NCBI GenBank assembly: GCA_005792145.1
Contig: SXSS01000046.1
Coordinates: 649 to 64,648 of the forward strand
DNA length: 64,000 nucleotides
Source of the DNA: Planctomycetia bacterium
GTDB taxonomy: Bacteria > Planctomycetota > Phycisphaerae > Phycisphaerales > SM1A02
Reading direction: 5' to 3'
Below the pieces are notes generated by a model. The model worked only from the letters and a program-made list of their open reading frames with translations. It had not been told where the DNA came from and made no database searches. Shown piece by piece: positions 1 to 8,250 of the stretch (position 1 is the first letter of the stretch; each line of letters starts with the position of its first letter). The position numbers and the translations under genes are program-made.

Positions 1-1
1 C

Positions 2-340
2 GAAGGCGACACAGTTGTTGGATGCGGATCGCTGTGGATTTATACCCCTCAATTGGCGGAAATCCGATCTCTAGGAGTTGTGCCAGGCCGCAAAGGCGGA
101 GGTCTTGGTTCGACGCTCACTCGCTACTTCGTTGATTGGGCGGCGGATCTTGGTATTCCAAAAGTTTTCGTCTTGACACGCGCGCCAGATTTTTTCGCCC
201 GCTGTGGATTCAAGACAGTCAGCGTCAGCATCTTGCCAGAGAAAGTTTTGAAGGACTGCGCAACATGCCCCCGCAATGATGCTTGTGATGAAGTTGCAAT
301 GACTCTCGACACTGGCGCAACACCGATTCGGTCGAACTGA
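2..340 (+). CDS. GNAT-family N-acetyltransferase, short ArgA-like (5' partial, runs off window start)
   Basis: The frame of listed ORF 53..340 stays open back to nt 2 (EGDTVVGCGSLWIYTPQLAEIRSLGVVPGRKGGGLGSTL...). The C-terminal KDCATCPRNDACDEVAM tail is typical of short ArgA-like GNATs. It sits 5 nt upstream of argJ. Confidence 0.7.
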   Translation, partial: EGDTVVGCGSLWIYTPQLAEIRSLGVVPGRKGGGLGSTLTRYFVDWAADLGIPKVFVLTRAPDFFARCGFKTVSVSILPEKVLKDCATCPRNDACDEVAMTLDTGATPIRSN

Positions 341-345
341 TCTAT

Positions 346-1602
346 ATGACCGCGACTCCCACAACACTTTCACCGACGGCAACATCTGTCAATCCCCCCA
401 ACACTGCGCCGCATTGGCCACGCGGATTTTCTTCGAGTGGCGTTGCCGCAGGAATCAAAAAACCAGGAGTGAACGATCTTGCACTCTTGTTTGGAAATGG
501 TCAATCCGGAAATGGCGAACTTTCCGCCGCCGCTGTATTCACACGCAATCTGATTGTTGCCGCGCCGATTCAAGTCTCTCGCGCCAACCTTGCTCTTACT
601 TCAGGACGAATCCGCGCGCTCATTATCAATTCTGGGTGCGCCAACGCCGCAACTGGTGAAGAAGGTCTTGCCCGCTCTCGACGCACCATCGAATCGCTCG
701 CTGCTTCTCTGGGCATTCAGCCGCAATCTGTTCTCGTGAATTCCACAGGCGTCATCGGAGTCCAGCTTCCAATCGACCGCATCGAAATGGCATTGCCTGC
801 GCTGAAAGAATCACTTCAACCTGGATCGTGCGAGATATTCGCTCGGTCAATCATGACCACCGACACGCGCCCAAAGTGGGCCACTCGAGTCATCCGCTGG
901 ATGGAAGGAACAGCGCAACGAACCTGCACCGTGACCGGTGTTGCAAAGGGTGCGGGAATGATTCATCCCAATATGGCAACGATGATCGCCGTCATTGCGA
1001 CAGACGCGACTCTGACGACGAACGAGTTGGACGCACACCTTCGATCTGCCGTAGAAAAGAGTTTTCACCGCATCTCAGTTGATGGCGATACGAGCACGAA
1101 TGACAGTGTCTTTGCGCTCTCTTCCAATTGCGCTGGAACGGTTCCGACAATTGAACTTGCCCTTGCGTTTGAAGCAGTCGCTCAAGAACTTGCGCTTATG
1201 GTTGTTCGCGACGGAGAAGGATTCGAGCGTGGGCTAGAAGTGAGAGTCCACGGAGGACGGACGCAATCGGATGCGCTGCAAGTTGCACGAACTGTTGCGA
1301 TGAGTTTATTGGTGCGCACTGCGGTGACTGGTGGCGATCCAAATTGGGGAAGAATCATCGCTGCAGCAGGTCGCGCTGGAGTCGAACTGAATCCATCAAC
1401 TCTGCGGGTTTCTGCGGGTGGGATAGATCTCTTTGCAGCAGGCCAACCGACAAATGCAGACATCACACAGGTTCGCCGAGCATTCACGGCTGATACGGTT
1501 CGAATCGAATTGGATCTTGCGATGGGTGATGCGTCTGATGTCTTCTGGTCGTGCGGATTGACAAAGAGATATGTCGAAATCAACGCCGACTACACAACAT
1601 AA
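346..1602 (+). CDS. argJ: bifunctional glutamate N-acetyltransferase / amino-acid acetyltransferase (ornithine acetyltransferase)
   Basis: 418-aa ORF with ArgJ hallmarks: TTDT, KGAGMIHPNMATMI (self-cleavage/active-site region) and a C-terminal YVEINADYTT. Confidence 0.95.
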   Translation: MTATPTTLSPTATSVNPPNTAPHWPRGFSSSGVAAGIKKPGVNDLALLFGNGQSGNGELSAAAVFTRNLIVAAPIQVSRANLALTSGRIRALIINSGCANAATGEEGLARSRRTIESLAASLGIQPQSVLVNSTGVIGVQLPIDRIEMALPALKESLQPGSCEIFARSIMTTDTRPKWATRVIRWMEGTAQRTCTVTGVAKGAGMIHPNMATMIAVIATDATLTTNELDAHLRSAVEKSFHRISVDGDTSTNDSVFALSSNCAGTVPTIELALAFEAVAQELALMVVRDGEGFERGLEVRVHGGRTQSDALQVARTVAMSLLVRTAVTGGDPNWGRIIAAAGRAGVELNPSTLRVSAGGIDLFAAGQPTNADITQVRRAFTADTVRIELDLAMGDASDVFWSCGLTKRYVEINADYTT

Positions 1603-1605
1603 AAA

Positions 1606-2076
1606 CTATATCGTCGAACCACTATCTTTGATTTGATCAAGTCGATTACGAGCGCGAAGGAAAATCTCCTGCCAACTTTGTTCGATCAACGGACCGATCA
1701 CATTCAACGCGCGTCGAATTTCAACTGACGAAGTTTTTGATATCGAGGTTCCATCGAAAGCCAGCGCGCCTGCGATCGCGCAGAGATATTGCAAGAATGA
1801 AGCGAGAGCCAAGGGATCACCAATATGAAGATCACTCTCGCGGATGCCGGACTTCGCCATATCTTTCCAAGCAATCCAACCATCAATCGACTTGGGAACA
1901 GGCACGAATGCGGCGAGAACTTGACAGCTCCACTGCGATCCATCCGATGCGGCGCATCGCGCCGCAAGTCGGTCAATAGGATGTGCGTTTGGGCCTAAAA
2001 TCGCGCAAAATAACTGCATCGCAACCGCAATCGACGATCCTGAATCATCGTGGTGCAAATCAGGATCGGATTTCAT
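1606..2076 (-). CDS. hypothetical protein, possible partner of the upstream sigma factor
   Basis: 156-aa ORF overlapping the stop of the sigma-like gene by 17 nt on the same strand. I recognised no motif. An alternative start is Met20 at 2019. Confidence 0.4.
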   Translation of the reverse strand: MKSDPDLHHDDSGSSIAVAMQLFCAILGPNAHPIDRLAARCAASDGSQWSCQVLAAFVPVPKSIDGWIAWKDMAKSGIRESDLHIGDPLALASFLQYLCAIAGALAFDGTSISKTSSVEIRRALNVIGPLIEQSWQEIFLRARNRLDQIKDSGSTI

Positions 2077-2785
2077 TCAAGACCTCCATCATGGACCGAA
2101 CTTCCAAGTCGATCTGGCTGCCTAATGCTCCGTCCTTGCGCAGAATTCCACAAAGCGCATCTCGCAGTTGAGCGGCAACTGCGAATGTTCGCTGCGCTAC
2201 TTGTGCAGATGACATCTGGAATCGCTCTCCAATTTTTGCGTGGGGAACTCCTTCGACATGATGAGACCAAAACATTTCCCACTCATCTCTCCGCCCCCGC
2301 TTCTCAAGTTCAACCTTTGTTTCTTTCATCGCCAAGTCAAGCGCCGCCAAAGCCCATGCCCTTTCGAACTCATGATCGTGGGCAGCGCCGTCGCTGGGAA
2401 CTTCCTGCGTCAATTCTTGATCACCAATCTGAAGTCCAAGCTGAGTTGCATTCTGCCTTCGCAATTCATGCACATAAAAATGAAGTCCGTTTCGCAACCA
2501 TTGGCGAAGTCGCAATCCACTCGTCAACCAAGACTTGAGATATTCCGAGTTGCTCAATCGGTTGGCAAAAAAACCATGCACTAAATCATCCGCCTCGATG
2601 CGCACCGAACGCGCTAATCCGATCTTGCTGCAATAAATGCTCAGCGGCCGAACATAACTCTCCATCAAATATCCATTGGCAAGCATGATCCCCGCTTCGC
2701 CCTCGGACAATCGATCGGCAATCCAAACCGTCTGAGTCTCTGGAAACAATCGACTCGGAGTTGGGGGATCCGTTGTCGTGCTCAT
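2060..2785 (-). CDS. RNA polymerase sigma-70 family protein, ECF-like
   Basis: Region-2-like YVRPLSIYCSKIG...IEADDLVHGFFANRL and region-4 HTH-like VEGVPHAKIGERFQMSSAQVAQRTFAVAAQLRDAL, separated by a longer-than-usual linker. Confidence 0.65.
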   Translation of the reverse strand: MSTTTDPPTPSRLFPETQTVWIADRLSEGEAGIMLANGYLMESYVRPLSIYCSKIGLARSVRIEADDLVHGFFANRLSNSEYLKSWLTSGLRLRQWLRNGLHFYVHELRRQNATQLGLQIGDQELTQEVPSDGAAHDHEFERAWALAALDLAMKETKVELEKRGRRDEWEMFWSHHVEGVPHAKIGERFQMSSAQVAQRTFAVAAQLRDALCGILRKDGALGSQIDLEVRSMMEVLNEIRS

Positions 2786-3004
2786 TATTCCTACATTATG
2801 AACGATTTTGCACTTTTTGCAATAAGTTTGGAATATTTCTCAATACTCACTCCCTAAATGTCTATCTGTATGTCTGAGCCCTTCCAGGTGGTTTAGTGTC
2901 GCAATCTGCACGGCTGCGGATTTAAATTTCGGGATTGTGGGTCCGATTGATTCTGGGCGACAGTTCTGGGGAACAATTCTTGGGGAGTATCCCGACAGGT
3001 GTTG

Positions 3005-3049
3005 GGGTCGTATTCTCGGTTTATATCCAAAGACCCGAGAATGCGACCC
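3005..3049 (+). promoter_or_regulatory. 15-bp stem hairpin in the pheS 5' region
   Basis: GGGTCGTATTCTCGG (3005-3019) pairs with CCGAGAATGCGACCC (3035-3049), with one G-U pair and a 15-nt loop. It ends 86 nt upstream of the pheS ATG. Confidence 0.35.
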
Positions 3050-3134
3050 GACCCTGCCGAGACAAAAACGAGACAAACTCCATACACTTCCACCCCGATG
3101 GCTTGTCATTCGACGCTTTTCAATTTGGCCTGCG

Positions 3135-4127
3135 ATGATTGACGCAATCAATTCGCTCCAAAGCCAAGGAGAATCCGAACTTGCCGCAGCAACTTCTGCC
3201 GCGCAAGTGGAACTTTGGCGAACAAAATATCTCGGCACCAGCGGAGAATTGAAAAATCTCATGGCTCAGCTGAAGGATGCGCCGCGCGATCAAAAACCAG
3301 AACTCGGAAAACGACTCAACGAACTGAAGGTGCGACTCGAAGCCTCATTCGAAATTCAGAAGAATCTTCTTGGTAATGCCCCCAAAGGGCCCGCGATCGA
3401 TGTCACCGAACCTGGCGTCACACTTGGTGAAGGTCGGCGGCACATTCTCTCCAGAACGATTGATGAAATCATCGACGTCTTTGGGCAAATGGGATTCGCC
3501 GTAGCAGATGGTCCCGAAGTGGAAGATGAGTGGCATAATTTCACGGCACTCAATATTCCAGAAGGTCATCCCGCGCGCGATGCCACGGATAATTTTTATA
3601 TGGGGGAACAATCTGGCGTGAAGCGCCTGCTGCGAACGCAGACTTCCACTGTGCAAATTCGTGCGATGGAAACGCAACCTCTTCCGCTGAAGGTGGTGGC
3701 GGTTGGCCGCGTCTATCGACCAGACACACACGACGCGACTCACTTTTCGATGTTTCATCAGATCGAAGGATTGTGTGTTGATCGCAATCTGTCACTTGTC
3801 GATCTCAAGACCGCCCTACTGCAATTCGCGCACGCTTATTTCGGCAAAGACGCTGAAGTGCGAATGCGCCCAAGCTTTTTTCCTTTCACCGAACCTTCCG
3901 CGGAAGTCGATATGAAAATGCACATCCGCGGTCAATGGCAATGGGTTGAAATCGGAGGCTGCGGCATGGTCGATCCAAATGTCTTTTCCGCGGTCGGAAT
4001 CGATCCTGAAGAGTGGCGCGGTTACGCATTCGGCCTTGGAATCGAGCGAATCGCGATGCGCCGCTATGGCATCAGCGACATCCGTTGGCTCTTCGAAAAC
4101 GACGCAAGATTCCTCCGCCAGTTTTAG
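3135..4127 (+). CDS. pheS: phenylalanine--tRNA ligase alpha subunit
   Basis: The listed ORF 2937..4127 was trimmed to the ATG at 3135 (MIDAINSLQ...LWRTKYLG). Class II aaRS motifs are present: HPARD, FRPDTHDATH-type, FFPFTEPSAEVD and GLGIERIAM. Confidence 0.93.
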   Translation: MIDAINSLQSQGESELAAATSAAQVELWRTKYLGTSGELKNLMAQLKDAPRDQKPELGKRLNELKVRLEASFEIQKNLLGNAPKGPAIDVTEPGVTLGEGRRHILSRTIDEIIDVFGQMGFAVADGPEVEDEWHNFTALNIPEGHPARDATDNFYMGEQSGVKRLLRTQTSTVQIRAMETQPLPLKVVAVGRVYRPDTHDATHFSMFHQIEGLCVDRNLSLVDLKTALLQFAHAYFGKDAEVRMRPSFFPFTEPSAEVDMKMHIRGQWQWVEIGGCGMVDPNVFSAVGIDPEEWRGYAFGLGIERIAMRRYGISDIRWLFENDARFLRQF

Positions 4128-4181
4128 CTGGCGAAGGAATGAATTTGCGTTGTGAATGACCCGGAATTCAGAGACCGAAAC

Positions 4182-4805
4182 TTACTCGCTTTTCGTCTCG
4201 GGCTTGCTCTCGGTCTTGCTCTCTGGCTTCGTTGTTTCCTTACGAATCTTTGCCGCGAAAGCAGTTCGTTTATCCGCAGTGGTTCGACGAACTGAACTTC
4301 CACCTGAAACTTGCGATCCACCTTCACGGCCGACGAGTTGAAGCACGACCAAATTTGTCGCATCTCCAATTCGGCGTCGATCCAACTTGACGATCCGTGT
4401 GTAACCACCTGGTCGATCCGTAAAGAGTGGCGCGACTCGGGTCATCAAATGATGAACCAAGCGCGGCGACTTTCGGAGTTCGCCATAGCGGTTGAACTCA
4501 ATCTCGCTCGCTGCGGGGAGAGACCAGTATGCGCTCGTCTTTCGTTCTTCCTTGACATTCGGATCTGCAATCCACGCGAACACTGCACGGTCGGTCAATC
4601 TGCTGTGAAGCAAACGACGAGCCGCGAGCGTGCGATGTCGAGCGATCGTGATCAGGCGTTCCACATACGGCTTGACGGCTTTCGCCTTGGTCAGTGTCGT
4701 GACGATTTCGCCATGCTCAAAAAGTCCCGCCGCCAAATTGCGCAGCAATGCTTTGCGATGATCGCTTTCCAAACAGAGTTGTTTACCGGCTACACGATGT
4801 CTCAT
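4182..4805 (-). CDS. rplQ: 50S ribosomal protein L17 (with C-terminal tail)
   Basis: MRHRVAGKQL..SDHRKALLRNLA signature. It is the last gene after rpoA. It has a roughly 48-aa K/E/T/S-rich C-terminal extension. Confidence 0.95.
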   Translation of the reverse strand: MRHRVAGKQLCLESDHRKALLRNLAAGLFEHGEIVTTLTKAKAVKPYVERLITIARHRTLAARRLLHSRLTDRAVFAWIADPNVKEERKTSAYWSLPAASEIEFNRYGELRKSPRLVHHLMTRVAPLFTDRPGGYTRIVKLDRRRIGDATNLVVLQLVGREGGSQVSGGSSVRRTTADKRTAFAAKIRKETTKPESKTESKPETKSE

Positions 4806-4848
4806 TGTTCAATACTCCTTCTAAAAATCAGGCTTTCGATGAATAGCC

Positions 4849-5829
4849 TTATGACACTTGCATACCGAGCGACAAACCGAGCTCTTGCAAACGAATCTCG
4901 ATTTCAGTGAATGAAGTCCGCCCGAAGGAACGAAGTTCCATCAGATCGGCTTCGGTCTTTTGCACGAGTTGTCCGACAGTAGTAATTCCCGCAGTTTGCA
5001 GGCAATTCGTACCGCGCACACCAAGATTCAAGTCGGTGATGGACATGGAAAGTTTGCGTTCCAAATCCGAATCAACTTCTTGATCGGACGAAAGTCCTTG
5101 ATCAACCATGTCATCGCCAGCCGAATCAAACTGCACGAATGGATTGACATGCTTGCGAAGGATCTTGCCAGCTTCAACGACTGCCATCTCTGGTGTCACT
5201 GTTCCGTTTGTCCAAACATCAAGAACCAGACGCTCATAATTCATACGCTGACCGACGCGCGTATCTTCCACGCGATAACGAACGCGCAGAACCGGCGTGA
5301 AGATTGCATCCACTGGAATCTCTCCAATGACCTGATCTTCTTCAGTGTTGAATTGCTCGCTTGCGGGTTGATATCCACGACCTCGATTGACCGTGAGTTC
5401 GACTTCAAATCGAACCTTGTCATTCACTCTGCAAATGACATGGTCTGGATTGAGAATGCGAACCGAAGCATCGGATTCGATGGATGCGCCAGTGACATCG
5501 CACGGGCCTTCCACTCGAATGTGCACTTTCTTGGTTTCATCGCCATCCATCTCCACGATCAATCCCTTGATGTTGAGCAAGATGTCAGAGACATCCTGAA
5601 CGACTCCTGGAATCGAAGAAAACTCATGGGTGACTCCAGCAATCGACAACTTCGTGATCGCCGCACCTTCGATGCTTGAAAGCAGAATGCGACGAAGACT
5701 GTTGCCAATGGTGGTGCCGAATCCGCGCTCAAATGGCTCAGCGGAAAAACGGCCAAATGTCGTGGACAAACTGGTTTTATCAGCAGTCACACGACCCGGT
5801 AATTCAAGACCTCTCCAGCGAATATGCAT
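4849..5829 (-). CDS. rpoA: DNA-directed RNA polymerase subunit alpha
   Basis: 326 aa. N-terminal domain FERGFGTTIGNSLRRILLSSIEGAAIT and C-terminal domain NCLQTAGITTVGQLV. Confidence 0.97.
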   Translation of the reverse strand: MHIRWRGLELPGRVTADKTSLSTTFGRFSAEPFERGFGTTIGNSLRRILLSSIEGAAITKLSIAGVTHEFSSIPGVVQDVSDILLNIKGLIVEMDGDETKKVHIRVEGPCDVTGASIESDASVRILNPDHVICRVNDKVRFEVELTVNRGRGYQPASEQFNTEEDQVIGEIPVDAIFTPVLRVRYRVEDTRVGQRMNYERLVLDVWTNGTVTPEMAVVEAGKILRKHVNPFVQFDSAGDDMVDQGLSSDQEVDSDLERKLSMSITDLNLGVRGTNCLQTAGITTVGQLVQKTEADLMELRSFGRTSFTEIEIRLQELGLSLGMQVS

Positions 5830-5893
5830 GATTCAAATCTCCTAATACGGCAGTGATCCAGTCCGAACAGAACGAGCCCAGCCCCGATCGGAA

Positions 5894-5922
5894 CCGCAGA
5901 ACCCTGCCGGGTTGCTCTGCGG
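5894..5922 (-). promoter_or_regulatory. intra-operon hairpin between rpsK and rpoA
   Basis: CCGCAG/CTGCGG and AACCC/GGGTT stems with a 4-nt loop and a 3-nt bulge. There is no U-tract, so it is not a classic terminator. Confidence 0.3.
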
Positions 5923-5954
5923 CCCTGCTTTGGGGCATGAGGCAAAAGATGATG

Positions 5955-6329
5955 TTAGACGCGTCGCTTCTTTGGCGATCGGCATCCGTTGAAAGGAAGC
6001 GGTGTCTGATCTTCAATCGTCAGCACCTTCAGCCCGTTGGCTTGAAGAGCGGTGACAGCTGATTCTCGGCCGGGGCCAGCGCCACGGACCCGAACTTCGA
6101 CCTCGCGCATGCCGATACGACGGGCCTTCCCCGCCGCTCGCTCGCTTGCGCGACTGGCCGCAAATGGCGTGCTCTTGCGCGCGCCCTTAAATCCAACACT
6201 TCCAGCGGAATCCCAGCAAATGGTTTCGCCGTTGGTGTCTGTAATCGTGACGATCGTGTTATTGAACGTAGCGCTCACATTCACGATGCCTTTGATGACG
6301 TTTTTACGAATCTTTGGTTTCTTCGACAT
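5955..6329 (-). CDS. rpsK: 30S ribosomal protein S11
   Basis: 124 aa. [22 protein letters not shown]...WDSAG and a C-terminal [11 protein letters not shown]. Confidence 0.97.
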   Translation of the reverse strand: MSKKPKIRKNVIKGIVNVSATFNNTIVTITDTNGETICWDSAGSVGFKGARKSTPFAASRASERAAGKARRIGMREVEVRVRGAGPGRESAVTALQANGLKVLTIEDQTPLPFNGCRSPKKRRV

Positions 6330-6356
6330 AGTTTTTTCTCTGGTTGAATCTTTGGA

Positions 6357-6734
6357 TTAACCGTTTACGCCCTTCTTGCCAGCGACGGTCTTCTTCTTGC
6401 CCTTGGGAGTACGAGCATTGGTTCGAGTGCGCTGTCCACGACATGGCAATGAACGACGATGTCGCTCTCCGCGATACGCATGAATGTCCTTGAGACGCTG
6501 AATGTCCTGCGCAACCTGGCGTCGCAGAGCACCTTCAACGATGTAACCATCATCGATCTCCTTGGAGATCGCTGCGAGTTCCTGATCGCCAAGCGTGTGG
6601 GTGCGTCGATTGGGATCAATGCCAGTTTTCTCCAAGATCTTCTCGGCGCCCTTTGGGCCGATACCGTGGATGTACTGGAGTGAAAAGAGGATTTTCTTTT
6701 TGTCTGGAATGTCGATACCGGCAATACGTGGCAT
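6357..6734 (-). CDS. rpsM: 30S ribosomal protein S13
   Basis: 125 aa. MPRIAGIDIPDKKKILFSLQYIHGIG. Confidence 0.97.
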   Translation of the reverse strand: MPRIAGIDIPDKKKILFSLQYIHGIGPKGAEKILEKTGIDPNRRTHTLGDQELAAISKEIDDGYIVEGALRRQVAQDIQRLKDIHAYRGERHRRSLPCRGQRTRTNARTPKGKKKTVAGKKGVNG

Positions 6735-6776
6735 AGTTTTCTCCGATTTGGGTTCAGCTTGATTTCATTCTTGATA

Positions 6777-6893
6777 TCAACCTTGTCGTTGCTTCAGTCT
6801 TGGGTTCTTCTTGTTAATGACAAAGCGCTTGCCCTTTCGGACAACAATCTGGCAATCGAGTGTTCTGCGCTTGATACTGCTTCTAACCTTCAT
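6777..6893 (-). CDS. rpmJ: 50S ribosomal protein L36 (Cys-poor form)
   Basis: Not in the ORF track (38 aa). My translation is [43 protein letters not shown] lies 8 nt upstream of the ATG. It sits between infA and rpsM as expected. Confidence 0.9.
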   Translation of the reverse strand: MKVRSSIKRRTLDCQIVVRKGKRFVINKKNPRLKQRQG

Positions 6894-6953
6894 AAGTAAC
6901 TCCGTGAATAATGATGAAATCTTTGTTTGGGTTGGGGGTGAAAATTGACTGTC

Positions 6954-6980
6954 GTTCTTGTTCTTGTTCTTGTTCTTGTT
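6954..6980. repeat. hexanucleotide microsatellite (GTTCTT) x4.5
   Basis: Direct reading: gttctt gttctt gttctt gttctt gtt, in the infA-rpmJ spacer. It is transcribed as (AAGAAC)n. Confidence 0.9.
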
Positions 6981-6985
6981 TCGTC

Positions 6986-7201
6986 TTACTGCCTGAAAGT
7001 GATTCTGCCCTTAGTCATGTCGTATGGGCTCATTTCAATCGTGACTCGATCTCCTGGAAGAATTCTTATGAAGAACTTCCTCATCTTGCCGCTGACATAG
7101 GCCAGAATTTCGTGGCCATTCTGAAGTTTGACTCGAAACATCGCGTCGGGCAATGCTTCGGTGACTTCGGCTTCGAGGGTGATCTTTTCTTCTTTCGCCA
7201 T
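6986..7201 (-). CDS. infA: translation initiation factor IF-1
   Basis: 71 aa. [42 protein letters not shown]. Confidence 0.97.
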   Translation of the reverse strand: MAKEEKITLEAEVTEALPDAMFRVKLQNGHEILAYVSGKMRKFFIRILPGDRVTIEMSPYDMTKGRITFRQ

Positions 7202-8218
7202 TTATAGTTTTGAACTCCTATCGATGGATCTGTGTGCTCCGTCATACATTTCATCAAGTATTTCGCAACCACTTCGAGTGATGACCACAGTGCGCTCAAC
7301 CGAGCAACCTGCGGCACCACTTTCGGTTCGCATCGTCCAACCGTCGGAGCAAGCAACAAGTCGACATCCGATGGCGAATCCGTCGGCATCAATCGTTCGA
7401 ATTCCATCTGGACGAGAGACAACTGTTGGCTCGACCGACAAAACCATATCTGGCAAGAGAGTGAAATCTCCGCGTTCGATGAAACCAGCTTCAATTCCGC
7501 ATGGAGCGATCGGAGCTTCGTGAAGAGCACGACCAATTCCATGTCCGGCATAGCCCGTGACGAGGCCAAGACTTCTGGCTTCGGCAACAGCTTGCATTTT
7601 CTTCGCGACCTGCGACCAACGAACTCCAGGAGCCATCGTGGCCAAAGCGACTTCAAGCATTTCGTTGCATCCGCTGACCATTGCATGAGATCGGCTGACG
7701 CCTCGCCCAACGACAACGCAGTCAGCAACATCAGCGCACCATCCACGCAATCGAACAGCAACATCGACAGTGACAACATCACCATCACAAAGCGGTTCTT
7801 CAGATGGAACTGCGTGAATCAATCGATCATTCACTGCGATACAGCAGGATGCGGGGAATTCGGCATGACCAGCATGAGCATCATCGGCTTCGAGATTCTG
7901 AAGCAAGCTTTCCGCCCGTTCTGCGGCGATAATTCCAGATGCAATGGATGCCAACGAAGCTGGCGTTGCGCCGACGACAGCGCATCGAAGGGCTGCATCG
8001 ACGGCTGCGCGAGCGACAATCGCTGCTGCTTGAATCGCTTCGATTTCAACCGCGGTTCGCAGTTCGACTTGACGTCCTCCGCCAACCTTCACTCCAGTGC
8101 TTGCGTGACTTCGTCGAACAACAGGCTTTTCGCCCAATCGAACAGTCGCAACAACACCACCCCGCCGCGCGTCAGCATCGGTGAGAAGTTCGTTGGAAGT
8201 TGTTCGGATTGTGACCAT
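7202..8218 (-). CDS. map: type I methionine aminopeptidase (with N- and C-terminal extensions)
   Basis: GHGIGRALHEAP plus metal-ligand contexts DGDVVTVDVAV, SVEPTV and SVERTVVIT. It has an ATG at 8218 and its stop abuts the infA start. Confidence 0.9.
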   Translation of the reverse strand: MVTIRTTSNELLTDADARRGGVVATVRLGEKPVVRRSHASTGVKVGGGRQVELRTAVEIEAIQAAAIVARAAVDAALRCAVVGATPASLASIASGIIAAERAESLLQNLEADDAHAGHAEFPASCCIAVNDRLIHAVPSEEPLCDGDVVTVDVAVRLRGWCADVADCVVVGRGVSRSHAMVSGCNEMLEVALATMAPGVRWSQVAKKMQAVAEARSLGLVTGYAGHGIGRALHEAPIAPCGIEAGFIERGDFTLLPDMVLSVEPTVVSRPDGIRTIDADGFAIGCRLVACSDGWTMRTESGAAGCSVERTVVITRSGCEILDEMYDGAHRSIDRSSKL

Positions 8219-8250
8219 TGGTGAATTATTCTTCTGATGAATCCTTTGAA

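Noticed and set aside
2937-3134. 66-codon N-terminal extension of the pheS ORF as listed, and the overlapping minus ORF 2840..3262
   Set aside because: The extension (MGPIDSGRQFWGTILGEYPDRCW...) has no counterpart in PheS and coincides with the repeat/hairpin region. Conserved PheS sequence begins at the ATG at 3135.
2786-3134. T-box riboswitch or Phe-rich leader-peptide attenuator upstream of pheS
   Set aside because: I found no T-box consensus-like stretch (GGUGGNACCGCG-type) and no short ORF enriched in Phe codons. The region is reported instead as an unexplained repeat/hairpin element.
4311-4910. Other long antisense ORFs within the ribosomal and ABC operons (for example 4311..4910, 4960..5679, 8824..9510, 12089..12814, 14519..15178, 55904..56617, 56542..57330, 57526..58209, 58197..59045)
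   Set aside because: Each lies opposite a gene with strong family signatures, and none shows a recognisable motif or independent start context.
7232-8224. 330-aa ORF on the + strand covering the whole map gene in antisense
   Set aside because: The translation is S/N/C-rich low-complexity sequence with no motif. The minus strand carries an unambiguous methionine aminopeptidase with all metal ligands. This is a typical shadow ORF.
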